This document shows positions 34,831-44,376 of a DNA stretch of 64,000 nucleotides, piece by piece. This DNA is from a phage, in sequence record NC_094493.1, one strand, 5' to 3'. A model generated the notes under the pieces. It did no database searches and was not told where the DNA came from. It worked only from the letters and a program-made list of their open reading frames with translations. The translations under genes and the position numbers were made by a program. Numbering within the stretch: the stretch's first letter is position 1; the number at the start of each line of letters is the position of its first letter.

Positions 34831-35830
34831 AAATGATAGTGGCTTCGTGCAGAAATGCACGTCGAATAACTTCGTTAATTGCTGGAAAATCCGATTGCTA
34901 AACGGACAATCAGCAGCTATAATTACCCTTCCGAACCTGTAGTAGGGAGATGTTTGAAATGAAAAATTTAGGCTTTTTAGGCTACAATCATTATTGTGCT
35001 ACATACGATGGCAGAATTTACAGTCTGTATTCTAATAAATTCCTCCATCCTAATGTGCAGAAAAAGACTGGCTATGCTATGGTAACTTTGTGCGAGGACG
35101 GTAAAAAGTTCCAAGTGCTCGTTCACAGAGTGATTGCTATGACTTTTGTTGATAATGATAATCCCAGCGTGAAAACTCAAGTAAATCACCTTGATGGCAA
35201 TAAGTTGAATAACGCCGCATGGAACCTTGAGTGGACAACACCTGAGGAAAACACACATCATGCTCATGAAATGGGACTTAAAAAGGACTATGTCAATAAA
35301 TACAGGTCCCTAGATGATGCCACTGCTCTTGAAATATGTAGACTGTTAGAGCAAGGTGCAAGGGTAAAAGACATTTGTGAAATGTTTGGTGTCAATCAAC
35401 CACTTGTAAGTGGTATAAAGAATGGCTCAGTATACCCAGATATTTCTAAAGAGTTTAACTTTAGAAAAGTGCCAACCTCTAATAGGATAAGTGAGCACAA
35501 GATAATAGGTATCTGCGAGGATCTTAGTGATAGGGTTTTGTGTGTAAATAAAATAGCTAAGAAGTGGGGCGTAAGTTTTAGTGTTGTTAAAGGAATAAAA
35601 GACCGTAAGACTTACACCTATATTTCAAACAATTACGATTGGTAATGTAGTTCAACGACTATCCCGAGAGGGAGTAGGGCGCAAGCTTATGGCGCTCGAA
35701 AAGCGAAGCACCCTGAGATGGGTGGTGATATAGTCTACTCTGCATGGTAACATGCAGCGGCACGTAATGGTGCGGAGGGTGGTGTTGCGACCACCTTTGA
35801 ATATAAGGATTCGATAATCCTGTCTGCTTG
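34831..35830 (+). mobile_element. group I intron with embedded HNH homing endonuclease gene
   Basis: ordered core elements P aattgctggaaaa (about 34877), Q aatcagcagc (about 34908), R gttcaacgacta (about 35649), S gatatagtc (about 35726); GACTA/TAGTC form P7; P9 hairpins downstream; boundaries +/-3 nt. Confidence 0.8.
34959..35645 (+). CDS. HNH homing endonuclease (intron-encoded)
   Basis: 228 aa from second ATG (RBS GGGAGA); HNH motif VNHLDGNKLNNAAWNLEWTTPEENTHH; ORF sits between Q and R. Confidence 0.85.
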   Translation: MKNLGFLGYNHYCATYDGRIYSLYSNKFLHPNVQKKTGYAMVTLCEDGKKFQVLVHRVIAMTFVDNDNPSVKTQVNHLDGNKLNNAAWNLEWTTPEENTHHAHEMGLKKDYVNKYRSLDDATALEICRLLEQGARVKDICEMFGVNQPLVSGIKNGSVYPDISKEFNFRKVPTSNRISEHKIIGICEDLSDRVLCVNKIAKKWGVSFSVVKGIKDRKTYTYISNNYDW

Positions 35831-36613
35831 AGAGACAACCCAGAATACCTTGCTTTCCTCGAAGGTCTACCAGAGCTGGAAAAAGCTCAGCTTCTCCATG
35901 GTAACTGGTTTGCAAAGCCTGAGGGTGCAAACTATTTTCAAAGATCTTTCCTTCGTGATGCCGATAGAGTACCTCTTGGGTCAGTATCTTGCAGGGCATG
36001 GGATAAGGCAGGAACCGAGAGAACTTCCGGTAATAAATTTCCTGACTTTACTGCCAGTATTAAGGTAAGTAAAGATAGCGACGGCTTTTATTACCTGTCC
36101 GGTGATTATTGTCCTGAGAACGTGGATGACGGGAGGTATTCCACAGGTCTGGAAGGCAAGTTCTGTAAAAAGGCTGGTGAACGAGATGTGATCATCAGGA
36201 AACAGGCGCAGTTCGATGGTGATGATTGCATAATCGTCTTCTCTGTGGACCCAGGGCAGGCAGGTAAGAGTGAGTTCTTAACCTCCTCCAGATCCTTGCT
36301 TGCCGAAGGGTTCAGGGTTGAAGAAGACCCAATGCCTTCCAACAAGTCTAAACTGACAAGGTTCTCACCTTTTGCCAATCTTGCCCAACAAGGAATGGTG
36401 AGGATTGTAAAATCCAGTTTCCATCCTGATACTCTGGAAGCATTTCTGACTGAACTTGAAAAATTCAACGGGGAAAGATCAACATTTAACAGAAAAGACG
36501 ACTGGGCCGACTGTGTAGCTTCTGCGATTAATTTCCTAGAGAAAGAGGAGGTAGCACTTCCTTGTGTGATTCCATCAATCTCATCACCTTCTATGTTCAA
36601 GCGTTTTATCTAA
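35831..36613 (+). CDS. terminase large subunit, exon 2 (nuclease domain)
   Basis: frame open without start/RBS; LLHGNW, VDPGQAGKSE and KDDWADCV motifs of terminase RNase H-like nuclease. Confidence 0.8.
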   Translation, partial: RDNPEYLAFLEGLPELEKAQLLHGNWFAKPEGANYFQRSFLRDADRVPLGSVSCRAWDKAGTERTSGNKFPDFTASIKVSKDSDGFYYLSGDYCPENVDDGRYSTGLEGKFCKKAGERDVIIRKQAQFDGDDCIIVFSVDPGQAGKSEFLTSSRSLLAEGFRVEEDPMPSNKSKLTRFSPFANLAQQGMVRIVKSSFHPDTLEAFLTELEKFNGERSTFNRKDDWADCVASAINFLEKEEVALPCVIPSISSPSMFKRFI

Positions 36614-36616
36614 GTG

Positions 36617-36645
36617 TTGCCAATCTTAATTAGATGTGGTACAAT
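36617..36645 (+). promoter_or_regulatory. sigma70-type promoter
   Basis: TTGCCA-17nt-TACAAT between terminase stop and portal start. Confidence 0.45.
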
Positions 36646-36663
36646 AAAGTAATTGGAGATACT

Positions 36664-36690
36664 AGCCCTCTGACGAGGGCTATTTTGTTA
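36664..36690 (+). terminator. terminator/attenuator-like hairpin in portal leader
   Basis: agccctc-tgac-gagggct stem-loop followed by ATTTTGTT. Confidence 0.4.
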
Positions 36691-36713
36691 TACTGTTTTG
36701 AGGGGTAAAGCTT

Positions 36714-38270
36714 GTGTCCAAAAAGAACCGCAGGAAACACAACGCCACAGCCAAAACTGTGAATAAATCTGGGAACGCAGGCGCACCAACTCATAATGTT
36801 CGTATGAGTGAGATCGGTTCTGGCGCACTTTCCCAAATTATGGCAGAATCGCAATCTATGATGGTTGAGGAATTGCGTTGGCCTCAGCTGATTGCCACAG
36901 TGGAGACTATGAAATGTGATTCCACAGTTGCTACTGCCTTAGATACAAAATATGTTTTCATCACGAAAGCATTCAATGATTTTAAGATCCTTTATAATGT
37001 TAAAAGTGAAGACTCTAAGAAAGCTGCCGAGCTTATAGAGTATTCTTTGCGTAATTTGGCAAACCAACAAACTCTTCGAGATATTGCAAGAAGCGCAGCT
37101 ACCTTTAACGAGTATGGTTTTTCACTGTTTGAGAAAGTATACCGCAGAGAGAAAGAAGGTAAATATGCCGGGATGCTTCTTATCGATAAAATTGCATTCC
37201 GACCTCAGGCCAGCCTGTCCAGATCAGAGCCGTTTGTTTTTGATAAGAATAGCAGAACACTGACAGGTATTTATCAGTCACCTAATGCATTTCTAAACAC
37301 TCAGAATGCACGCTGGGCTGGACCTCTTGCTGCAATGCCTTCAAAAGGCTTTAATGAGCCTGAAATTTTCATCCCTGCTAAAAAGCTTATGCTCATGACC
37401 CTGTCAGGAACAGAATCTAACCCTGCAGGTGTGTCACCTATGATAGGTTGCTACAGATCTTTCCGTGAGAAAGTTCTGATTGAAAACCTTGAGGTTGTTG
37501 GCTGTTCCAAAGACCTTGGTGGTGTGCTTGAGCTGAAAATTCCTTCCAATATTTTGAACAAGGCCAGCATTGACCCGAATTCAATGGAAGGGAGAATGGT
37601 TGCAGACCTTATGCTTGACGCAGCAAACGCCCATAGTGGTGAGCAAAGTTTCTTTATACTTCCGTCTGATAGAGATAAGTCTGGTAAAGAGCTTTACTCC
37701 ATGACCCTGAAGGGGGTTGACGGTATGGGCAAGCAGTATTCCACTAAAGATTTGATTGATGCCCGTAAGAAGGCGATTCTTGACCGTTTCGGTGCTGGCT
37801 TTATTAACCTCGGTAACGATAACGTCGGATCTTTCTCTCTGTCTGAGTCAAAACAGTCTATCCATGGTCATTTTGTTCAGCGTGATATAGATATTATCAC
37901 TGAGGCCTTCAATAAAGATCTTATTCCACAGCTTCTGGCATTGAATGGTATCATCCTTGAAGATGATGATATGCCTAAACTGAAACCTGGCCTGATTGAA
38001 GAGGTGGACATGGAGAGCTTCTCCAAGTTTGTCCAGAGGATCGGTGCTGTAGGTTACTTGCCAAAAACTCCTGCAGTAATTAATAAGATTCTTGAAGTAG
38101 GTGGGTTTGATGAAAGATTTGACGAGGACATGGATCAGGAAGAGCTAATGAAGCTCTTGGGCCAGGACATCAGTAGGGCTGGCGATGGAATGGCTGCAGG
38201 ATCCACTGGCAACGGCACTTCTAAGATGTCATCAACCAGAGATAATTCCATATCCAACATGGAAAATTAA
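36714..38270 (+). CDS. portal protein (putative)
   Basis: 518 aa, GTG start; position immediately after terminase large subunit; called from size and order only. Confidence 0.55.
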   Translation: MSKKNRRKHNATAKTVNKSGNAGAPTHNVRMSEIGSGALSQIMAESQSMMVEELRWPQLIATVETMKCDSTVATALDTKYVFITKAFNDFKILYNVKSEDSKKAAELIEYSLRNLANQQTLRDIARSAATFNEYGFSLFEKVYRREKEGKYAGMLLIDKIAFRPQASLSRSEPFVFDKNSRTLTGIYQSPNAFLNTQNARWAGPLAAMPSKGFNEPEIFIPAKKLMLMTLSGTESNPAGVSPMIGCYRSFREKVLIENLEVVGCSKDLGGVLELKIPSNILNKASIDPNSMEGRMVADLMLDAANAHSGEQSFFILPSDRDKSGKELYSMTLKGVDGMGKQYSTKDLIDARKKAILDRFGAGFINLGNDNVGSFSLSESKQSIHGHFVQRDIDIITEAFNKDLIPQLLALNGIILEDDDMPKLKPGLIEEVDMESFSKFVQRIGAVGYLPKTPAVINKILEVGGFDERFDEDMDQEELMKLLGQDISRAGDGMAAGSTGNGTSKMSSTRDNSISNMEN

Positions 38271-38337
38271 AAATTATCAACACAGGGGGTTGCAAAACCT
38301 CCTTTGGCGTGATAAAATAATCCACATGGGGAATAAG

Positions 38338-38757
38338 ATGCCACAGGAAGAAATGATTTCCTACGAAATCATCTACGAACCGGACACTAAAGACGCTCAC
38401 GGTGAGTGGATGAGTAAAGACACCATCAAAAAGGCTAAAGATAATTGGGACGCAGCATACGCCGCAGGCCTAGTTTCTGAAAACCTTTTCCACTTGACCT
38501 CTACAGATGCTTTCACTATTGAAAAGACGTGGATTCAAGAAGAGTTTGATGTTGTAGTAATTGGTACTGAGCAGGTCATCAAGGCTGGCTCTTGGGTTGC
38601 TAAAGTTAAATACAATAATCCTGAATTATGGGAAGCTAAGAAGGCGGGCATTGTTGGTGGCCTAAGCATTCAGGCAACAGGTAATGTTGATGAAGAGACG
38701 GGCGAAATTACCAATGTAAATTTCGGGATCAGTGTTGTAGAAGAGGGCAATGAATAA
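38338..38757 (+). CDS. hypothetical head morphogenesis protein (possible prohead protease)
   Basis: 139 aa from ATG with GGGGA RBS; sits between portal and scaffold. Confidence 0.3.
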   Translation: MPQEEMISYEIIYEPDTKDAHGEWMSKDTIKKAKDNWDAAYAAGLVSENLFHLTSTDAFTIEKTWIQEEFDVVVIGTEQVIKAGSWVAKVKYNNPELWEAKKAGIVGGLSIQATGNVDEETGEITNVNFGISVVEEGNE

Positions 38758-39737
38758 TGTCTGAAAAAACAATCACTATTAAAGAGAAGGGTATTGCCCT
38801 GTGCCATAAGGCGCAAGGCTATAGCGCTAACAATCGGCCTGTATCTCTTTTAATGAAGAGCGATCTTAAGCCTGAGCAGTTAACAGACGATATTGTTAAG
38901 GCACTTCGCCAAGTTACTGTGGAGCTCAGTTTTGAAGAATACCTGCGTCGTTTTTTCGATATGTGGTATGACGATGCTAAGGCACTGGCTCACCTGCTTG
39001 GGTTCGAGATTGAGGAAGAAGCTTGGGCAAAAGAACACCCAGATTGGGAGTGGGCACAGGCTGATGCAGAGGCTTGTGTGCAGTGGTTAGAAGAACGTTG
39101 TGATAACGTAACCATTCACAAAGCTGCTAAAGAAGGTAAAGATTTAAGTATTGTTGACCAATACACTCTGTTGAAAACCCAACAAGTTTTTGAGCAGATG
39201 ACCGCTGATCTCTTCGATGAAGAAGGGAAACTTATTAAAGCGGCGCAGGAAACCACAGAAGAAGTTGTTACAGACGCTGTGGACAATGTTGATAAATCCG
39301 CAAATACCGAGGAGAATCCGGTGGAAGACGTAACCAAGTCTCAAGAGTACCTGGACCTGCTGAAACAGTTCGAAGAACTGAAAGCTACCAATGAAAAGGC
39401 TGAAGAAATCATCAAGGCTCAGGTAGAAGTTGAAAAAGCTAAAATGCTGGAAAAAGCTCAGGCGTTAAGCTTCACCACTGAAGAAGACCACGCATCTCTG
39501 GTCGAATTCATGCTGGATAAAGCTAACGCTCCTGTTGTTGAATTGCTGGAAAAAGCTCAAGCTCGTATTGCTGAACTGGAAGCTAAAGTTGAAAAAGCTA
39601 AAGAAGAGTTCGCAACCACCGAGCAAGGCAAAGATGGTGATGTCGTAGTAGATGACATTGCTAAATCTGCTGAAGATATTATTGCTGAAAACGTCGCTAA
39701 AGCTCTGGCTCGTGCACGTAAAGAATCTAATAAATAA
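38757..39737 (+). CDS. scaffolding protein (putative)
   Basis: 326 aa; acidic, C-terminal half of Ala/Glu/Lys coiled-coil repeats (EKAKMLEKAQA, ELEAKVEKAKEE); upstream of capsid gene. Confidence 0.55.
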   Translation: MSEKTITIKEKGIALCHKAQGYSANNRPVSLLMKSDLKPEQLTDDIVKALRQVTVELSFEEYLRRFFDMWYDDAKALAHLLGFEIEEEAWAKEHPDWEWAQADAEACVQWLEERCDNVTIHKAAKEGKDLSIVDQYTLLKTQQVFEQMTADLFDEEGKLIKAAQETTEEVVTDAVDNVDKSANTEENPVEDVTKSQEYLDLLKQFEELKATNEKAEEIIKAQVEVEKAKMLEKAQALSFTTEEDHASLVEFMLDKANAPVVELLEKAQARIAELEAKVEKAKEEFATTEQGKDGDVVVDDIAKSAEDIIAENVAKALARARKESNK

Positions 39738-39758
39738 TCTGCTTAATAGGGGAAAATA

Positions 39759-40133
39759 ATGATCACCACTCAATATTCTGATATCGTGCTCGGCAAAGTA
39801 GATGCAAGCGATGCAGGTTTCAACTTTAAAGAGATTGAAATTACCCTTACTGCTGATCACGTTGCTGGCGCAGTAGTTACCAAAACTGGCACTCTGGCTA
39901 ACAAAGATGGCACAGACACATTTGGTGTTCTGGTTGACCGTGCACTTCTGCCGGACTCTGCTGGCAAAGTTAATCTGGCAGAGCCTCTGACTGTGGGTCA
40001 GAAATACAAATTAGTCGTTGCTGTTCGTGGCGTTACTTTCGCTAAAAAACACCTGAAAGTAGCCAGCGGCGAAGCTGCACCTGCTGCAGTTCTGGAAGCT
40101 CTCGAAGCCAAAGGCAACAAAGTTCAGGAATAA
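39759..40133 (+). CDS. head decoration/accessory protein (putative)
   Basis: 124 aa with strongly host-optimal codons (ctg, cgt, ggt), directly upstream of capsid gene. Confidence 0.4.
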   Translation: MITTQYSDIVLGKVDASDAGFNFKEIEITLTADHVAGAVVTKTGTLANKDGTDTFGVLVDRALLPDSAGKVNLAEPLTVGQKYKLVVAVRGVTFAKKHLKVASGEAAPAAVLEALEAKGNKVQE

Positions 40134-40167
40134 TCCTAGATCTTTGGGAAACAAATTTTAAAGTTAT

Positions 40168-41184
40168 TTGGAGAAAATAATGCGTAAAGATGATTTTGGT
40201 ATTGTTGATTTAGGTGCTACTCTTGAACTGGTTCCGCGCCAATATCGCCTGATCACTGGTATGGATCTGTTTGAAACCCATCTCGGCACCTCAACAATCG
40301 CACAGATCGAACGTGTTGATGAAGTGGTTGGTGATATCGCCGCTCGCCGCCGTGGTGGTGAACGTAACTACGTTGATAGCGAACGTGCACAGATCAAAAA
40401 CCTGAACATCCCGTTCTTCCCGCTGGATAAGGGCATTACTGCTGCGGACGTTCAGAACTTTCGTCGCTACTTCACCCCAGATGCACCGAAAACTGTGCAA
40501 GACGTGGTTACTCGTGTAGTTCGTCGTATTCGTCTGAGCCACGAAACCCTGCGTGAAAAAGCTCTTTTTTCTGCAATTCTGGGTAAATCCTATGCACCTG
40601 GTGACAAAACTTGCCAGTATGACTATTACACGCTGTGGGGCGTTTCTCAGAAATCTATCGAAATCGATCCTAAAAATGCAGCACAGGACCCGATGGAAGT
40701 AATCGAAGATGCACGTCTGCACATTGCTCTGCAGGCTGGTGACAACGCTGGTGCTTATAACATCATCGCGCTGTGCTCTCCGAAATTCTTCTCTGCACTG
40801 GTTCATCACCCACTGGTAGAGCTGGCCTACACCTACTACAGCTCTTCTCAGGAACCGCTGCGTCGTCGTCTGGGTGCAGGTGGCGAACAAAGCATTTACC
40901 GTGTGTTTGAACACAAGGGTATGACCTTTATCGAAGATATTTCTGGCAACATTCCGGACGGTGAGGCTCGCCTGATGCCTATGGGTATCGATCAGATGTT
41001 CCAGCTGCACTTTGCCCCGGCTGACACTGTGGAAGATGCAAATACCCCAGCTCAAGAGCTGTATATGTGGTATAAACACTCTGCCTACCTGAGAGAACAG
41101 AAAATCGAATCTGAAACCTCTATGCTGGCAGTTAACACCCGTCCAGAGCTGGTTGTTAAAGCAACTCTGAAAGGTGGTGACTAA
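40168..41184 (+). CDS. major capsid protein (putative)
   Basis: 338 aa; extreme host-optimal codon bias, follows scaffold/decoration genes, ends at very strong terminator. Confidence 0.65.
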   Translation: MEKIMRKDDFGIVDLGATLELVPRQYRLITGMDLFETHLGTSTIAQIERVDEVVGDIAARRRGGERNYVDSERAQIKNLNIPFFPLDKGITAADVQNFRRYFTPDAPKTVQDVVTRVVRRIRLSHETLREKALFSAILGKSYAPGDKTCQYDYYTLWGVSQKSIEIDPKNAAQDPMEVIEDARLHIALQAGDNAGAYNIIALCSPKFFSALVHHPLVELAYTYYSSSQEPLRRRLGAGGEQSIYRVFEHKGMTFIEDISGNIPDGEARLMPMGIDQMFQLHFAPADTVEDANTPAQELYMWYKHSAYLREQKIESETSMLAVNTRPELVVKATLKGGD

Positions 41185-41208
41185 TCACTAAGGTGATTCA
41201 TCCCATAT

Positions 41209-41238
41209 GGGGAGGGGGTTCTCCCCCTCCCCTTTTTA
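41209..41238 (+). terminator. rho-independent terminator
   Basis: ggggaggggg-ttct-ccccctcccc followed by TTTTT. Confidence 0.7.
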
Positions 41239-41265
41239 TTTATTAGGGTTTAACAGGAGTGTCCC

Positions 41266-42120
41266 GTGAATAGAGTTGTATATCCAGTCGAGTATGATCC
41301 TCTATTAAGAGTTTTCAACAATCAGTTAAGTTTTTATCAATTTTTAGCACAATACAATCCAGAAATCAATGTTGGTTTATCAGCCCTGCTGCCACCAACA
41401 GAGTTCGTTATTGGAAGTGTTCACTATCCATGCAGAACGATTGTAGACTTCTTCGAGAAGATTGCAAAACACACAGGCCTGCCAATTGATACTGGTATCT
41501 CAACTATCCGTATGGGTGTTATTCTTCTGTTCTTCACAGAGAACCTTGATGAAAGCACTTTAACACTGCAAAGCGGTGATGTCAATATCACACTCACCCC
41601 GTCAGTGTTTAAAGAGGTAGATGCCGCTTTCAAAGTTTCAGTGGCAGAGGGCCATCTGTGGGACCCTGAAGGGATGCCCAAAAAAGTGACCATAAACGAT
41701 GAGCAATGCGATGTTGCTTATGCAGAAGATACCCAGACTTTCACCATTGAGTGGCCTAAGAAACGTTCTCAGGTTGTAAATCTTGGGCTGACTTCTACAG
41801 TAGCCCCAGAACCTGAACCAGAGCCGGAGCCACCTGTAGGCCCTACTGAACCTGGTGGTGGCAGTGAGGAATCACCAGGCCCGACCGCACAGGAGGGTAC
41901 GGAAGGTACTGAACAGGATCCTGAGCAGGCACAAGAATCAAGATCTTCTCACGGCGATGTTGATGCCATACTGCACCAAGCCGCAGCTCTTAACAACGAA
42001 GATGACAAAAGTGGTTCGAAAGATGCACTCCAAACCTTCGCCAAAGAGCACGGTGTTACCTTAAGTAAGGCAAAAACTTTCCAAAATATGATGAAAGATT
42101 TTGAGGCTGCACTGGCATAA
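41266..42120 (+). CDS. hypothetical structural protein with PE-repeat linker
   Basis: 284 aa, GTG start after AGGAG; APEPEPEPEPP linker. Confidence 0.35.
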   Translation: MNRVVYPVEYDPLLRVFNNQLSFYQFLAQYNPEINVGLSALLPPTEFVIGSVHYPCRTIVDFFEKIAKHTGLPIDTGISTIRMGVILLFFTENLDESTLTLQSGDVNITLTPSVFKEVDAAFKVSVAEGHLWDPEGMPKKVTINDEQCDVAYAEDTQTFTIEWPKKRSQVVNLGLTSTVAPEPEPEPEPPVGPTEPGGGSEESPGPTAQEGTEGTEQDPEQAQESRSSHGDVDAILHQAAALNNEDDKSGSKDALQTFAKEHGVTLSKAKTFQNMMKDFEAALA

Positions 42121-42182
42121 TTTTGTTAAGGCCCCTTCCAAATCAGGAATGGGGCTTTATTTTTACGAGGTATTTTCAAATG

Positions 42183-42800
42183 GCATGGTATGAAGATGAA
42201 GAGATTATCCCGTCCCCGCCTAACCATGATGGTGTAGTCGATACCCCAGAAGAACCACCAAAAGAAGATCCTGTACTTCCGGAACCTGATCCAGACCAAC
42301 CTCTTATCAATATTATGAGGTTGTTGCTCGGCAATGTTGATGAGGAAACTCTCCCTGATGAGGTAATTAAAACATTCCTTGACATGGAGAAGTTGAAACT
42401 AAATTATCCGGCAGATCCTGATAAGCTACCTCTGCTCAAGTACAATGTGCTTGTGCAACTTGTGCGGTGGCTAATGATGCAGGAAGTGTCCAGCGGTAAT
42501 GCAAGTATAACTTCCCGTCTGGAAAAAATAGGTGATGAGACCATAGAGATTCGTGGTGGATCTTCCTACGCTCAATGGAAAGATTTCCTTGATTGGCTGC
42601 TGGCACACCCAGACTATGTAGATTCTGAGCTAGATGCTTACAGCAGAATGATTATCATTGGTGGTGTTCGTGTAGATGAAGGAATTCGGGTTAAATTTAA
42701 TGAAAACAGCAACGGGCCGTTCGATGTCCAGGGTATTACACCTATCAGTGGTCTAAATAACCAACCTCCTCGCCACCCAAGACGCAAACGCAGTTTTTAA
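42183..42800 (+). CDS. hypothetical structural protein
   Basis: 206 aa from ATG with GAGG RBS; Pro/Glu-rich N-terminus. Confidence 0.35.
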   Translation, partial: AWYEDEEIIPSPPNHDGVVDTPEEPPKEDPVLPEPDPDQPLINIMRLLLGNVDEETLPDEVIKTFLDMEKLKLNYPADPDKLPLLKYNVLVQLVRWLMMQEVSSGNASITSRLEKIGDETIEIRGGSSYAQWKDFLDWLLAHPDYVDSELDAYSRMIIIGGVRVDEGIRVKFNENSNGPFDVQGITPISGLNNQPPRHPRRKRSF

Positions 42801-42806
42801 AAATTG

Positions 42807-42835
42807 TTGCTTTTGATGTATCTTTGTGGTAAAAT
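42807..42835 (+). promoter_or_regulatory. sigma70-type promoter
   Basis: TTGCTT-17nt-TAAAAT upstream of 42854. Confidence 0.45.
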
Positions 42836-42853
42836 ACATTAGTGAGGGATATA

Positions 42854-43312
42854 ATGCTAAAGGTTAAATGTCAAACAAAGTTCAACCTAAAGCGTTTAGA
42901 TCGCTTCTACAAAGAACTTGTGAGACTTGAAAGTAAAACAATAACCTACGGCTTTTATGACGAACCTCACCCGTCAGGCTTAAATATGGCAACATTGGCA
43001 GCCATTCACAACTTCGGTTGGAACGGGCTGCCTGTTCGCAATTTCATGGAGACAGCCTTTGCATTTCACAGTACTCAACTACAGACCTTGACAGAAAAAT
43101 TGTTGAGAGCTATGGCTAGAGGGTCAAGTGCAGAGGCTATTCTTAAGCAGATGGGGGACACAGGGGCCAAAGCTATCCAGTTTGTTATTGAGGCTGGGCA
43201 GTTTAGTAATCCTACTGTTAGCGAGCAGTGGGCACAAGAGAAAGGCTTCAACGAGGCTATGCGGCATTACGATGTGCTGCTTGAATCTGCAACCTTTAAG
43301 ATCGGACAGTAA
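42854..43312 (+). CDS. hypothetical head-tail joining protein
   Basis: 152 aa from ATG; position between capsid and tail genes. Confidence 0.3.
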   Translation: MLKVKCQTKFNLKRLDRFYKELVRLESKTITYGFYDEPHPSGLNMATLAAIHNFGWNGLPVRNFMETAFAFHSTQLQTLTEKLLRAMARGSSAEAILKQMGDTGAKAIQFVIEAGQFSNPTVSEQWAQEKGFNEAMRHYDVLLESATFKIGQ

Positions 43313-43327
43313 AAATAAGGGGGTTGA

Positions 43328-43753
43328 GTGGCAGCAGGTTATAAGCTGATAGGAAAGAACAGACTAATACCTCGTAAAACATTCAAAGGTCGCCACAGAG
43401 TGTATAACAAAACAGTTGGTGGCCCTTTTGCCAACGAGGGGTTAGAACTTGAGTATGAAGAGTTTGATGTCTTAGAGTGTGTTGTGCAGCCGTTGACAGG
43501 AAGGGCGGCTAAAGATTACTCCTCTCAAATAAACCCTGAAGGTGACAGACAGTACGAGGCTTTTACAGTTTACTCCTCAACCAAGTTGTATAGTCCGGAT
43601 GAAGGAACATATGCAATGGCTGATCAAATTCAACTTCCTGACATCCGTGGTGACTTGAAATGGTTTACCGTTTTAAAATGCGATGCATATGTTACCTCTG
43701 GTGGTGGGAGATATAGATTTTTTGTGGTAGAAGAGCCTGAAGGAGAAAACTAA
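43328..43753 (+). CDS. hypothetical head-tail joining protein
   Basis: 141 aa, GTG start after AAGGGGG. Confidence 0.3.
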   Translation: MAAGYKLIGKNRLIPRKTFKGRHRVYNKTVGGPFANEGLELEYEEFDVLECVVQPLTGRAAKDYSSQINPEGDRQYEAFTVYSSTKLYSPDEGTYAMADQIQLPDIRGDLKWFTVLKCDAYVTSGGGRYRFFVVEEPEGEN

Positions 43754-44304
43754 TGGAAGCTTTCGAAAAAGTTTTTTCTGATCTTGAAACAACCATTGCT
43801 AAGCTCGTCAAGGTTGCCACAGGAAGAACTGTAGTTCTGGCAGAAAGCTCTACCATACCGAAGCCGGAAGGTGAGTTTGTACTTTTACAAACCTTGGCGA
43901 TCAATCCCACCACTTGGGAAGATAATGAGTTTCAAGATGCGGAGGGTAATGCTTACGTCACCCACAGCTACACTGTTACTTATATGTTAACAGCTTATCG
44001 TGGCAGGGCATATGCTGCACTTAGCAGAGTATTGCAAGCAATAAACCTTCCAATGTTTTATGACAAGTATTTCCCTCTGGGATCGTGCTTTGCCTACTCT
44101 AACAATTCAACAATCTCATCCCAAAGAGTGCCGTTGAATAAGCAGACGTATGAAAATAGAGCCACTGTGATGCTGACATTTAACGTAAGGTTTGTTGAAA
44201 CAGACATTGGGGCTTTTGAGGATCTTCAGGGAATTAAGGCTGAAATAACCACACACTTCCCTTCACCCAATTCTGGTAAAGCGGTTACAGACAGTGGTCA
44301 GTAA
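43753..44304 (+). CDS. hypothetical tail completion protein
   Basis: 183 aa, ATGA-coupled to upstream gene, precedes sheath-sized gene. Confidence 0.3.
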   Translation: MEAFEKVFSDLETTIAKLVKVATGRTVVLAESSTIPKPEGEFVLLQTLAINPTTWEDNEFQDAEGNAYVTHSYTVTYMLTAYRGRAYAALSRVLQAINLPMFYDKYFPLGSCFAYSNNSTISSQRVPLNKQTYENRATVMLTFNVRFVETDIGAFEDLQGIKAEITTHFPSPNSGKAVTDSGQ

Positions 44305-44319
44305 TCGTTATAATTGTGT

Positions 44320-44336
44320 AGTGTAATGATTACACT
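44320..44336. promoter_or_regulatory. 17-bp perfect palindrome in sheath gene leader (operator-like)
   Basis: AGTGTAAT-g-ATTACACT just downstream of a TATAAT hexamer (44309-44314) and 40 nt upstream of 44377. Confidence 0.4.
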
Positions 44337-44376
44337 GCGTGTTTGATATCCGTGCACAGATATTAAGAGGAAACAA

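Noticed and set aside
34087-36613. Terminase large subunit as two independent genes or a pseudogene disrupted by an HNH gene
   Set aside because: Intervening sequence carries ordered group I intron core elements (P, Q, R, S with a P7 pairing) and exon 2 lacks a start codon; splicing is the simpler explanation.
40291-41079. 262-aa minus-strand ORF antisense to the major capsid gene
   Set aside because: Shadow ORF inside a codon-optimised plus-strand gene; Cys/Arg-rich translation with no signals.
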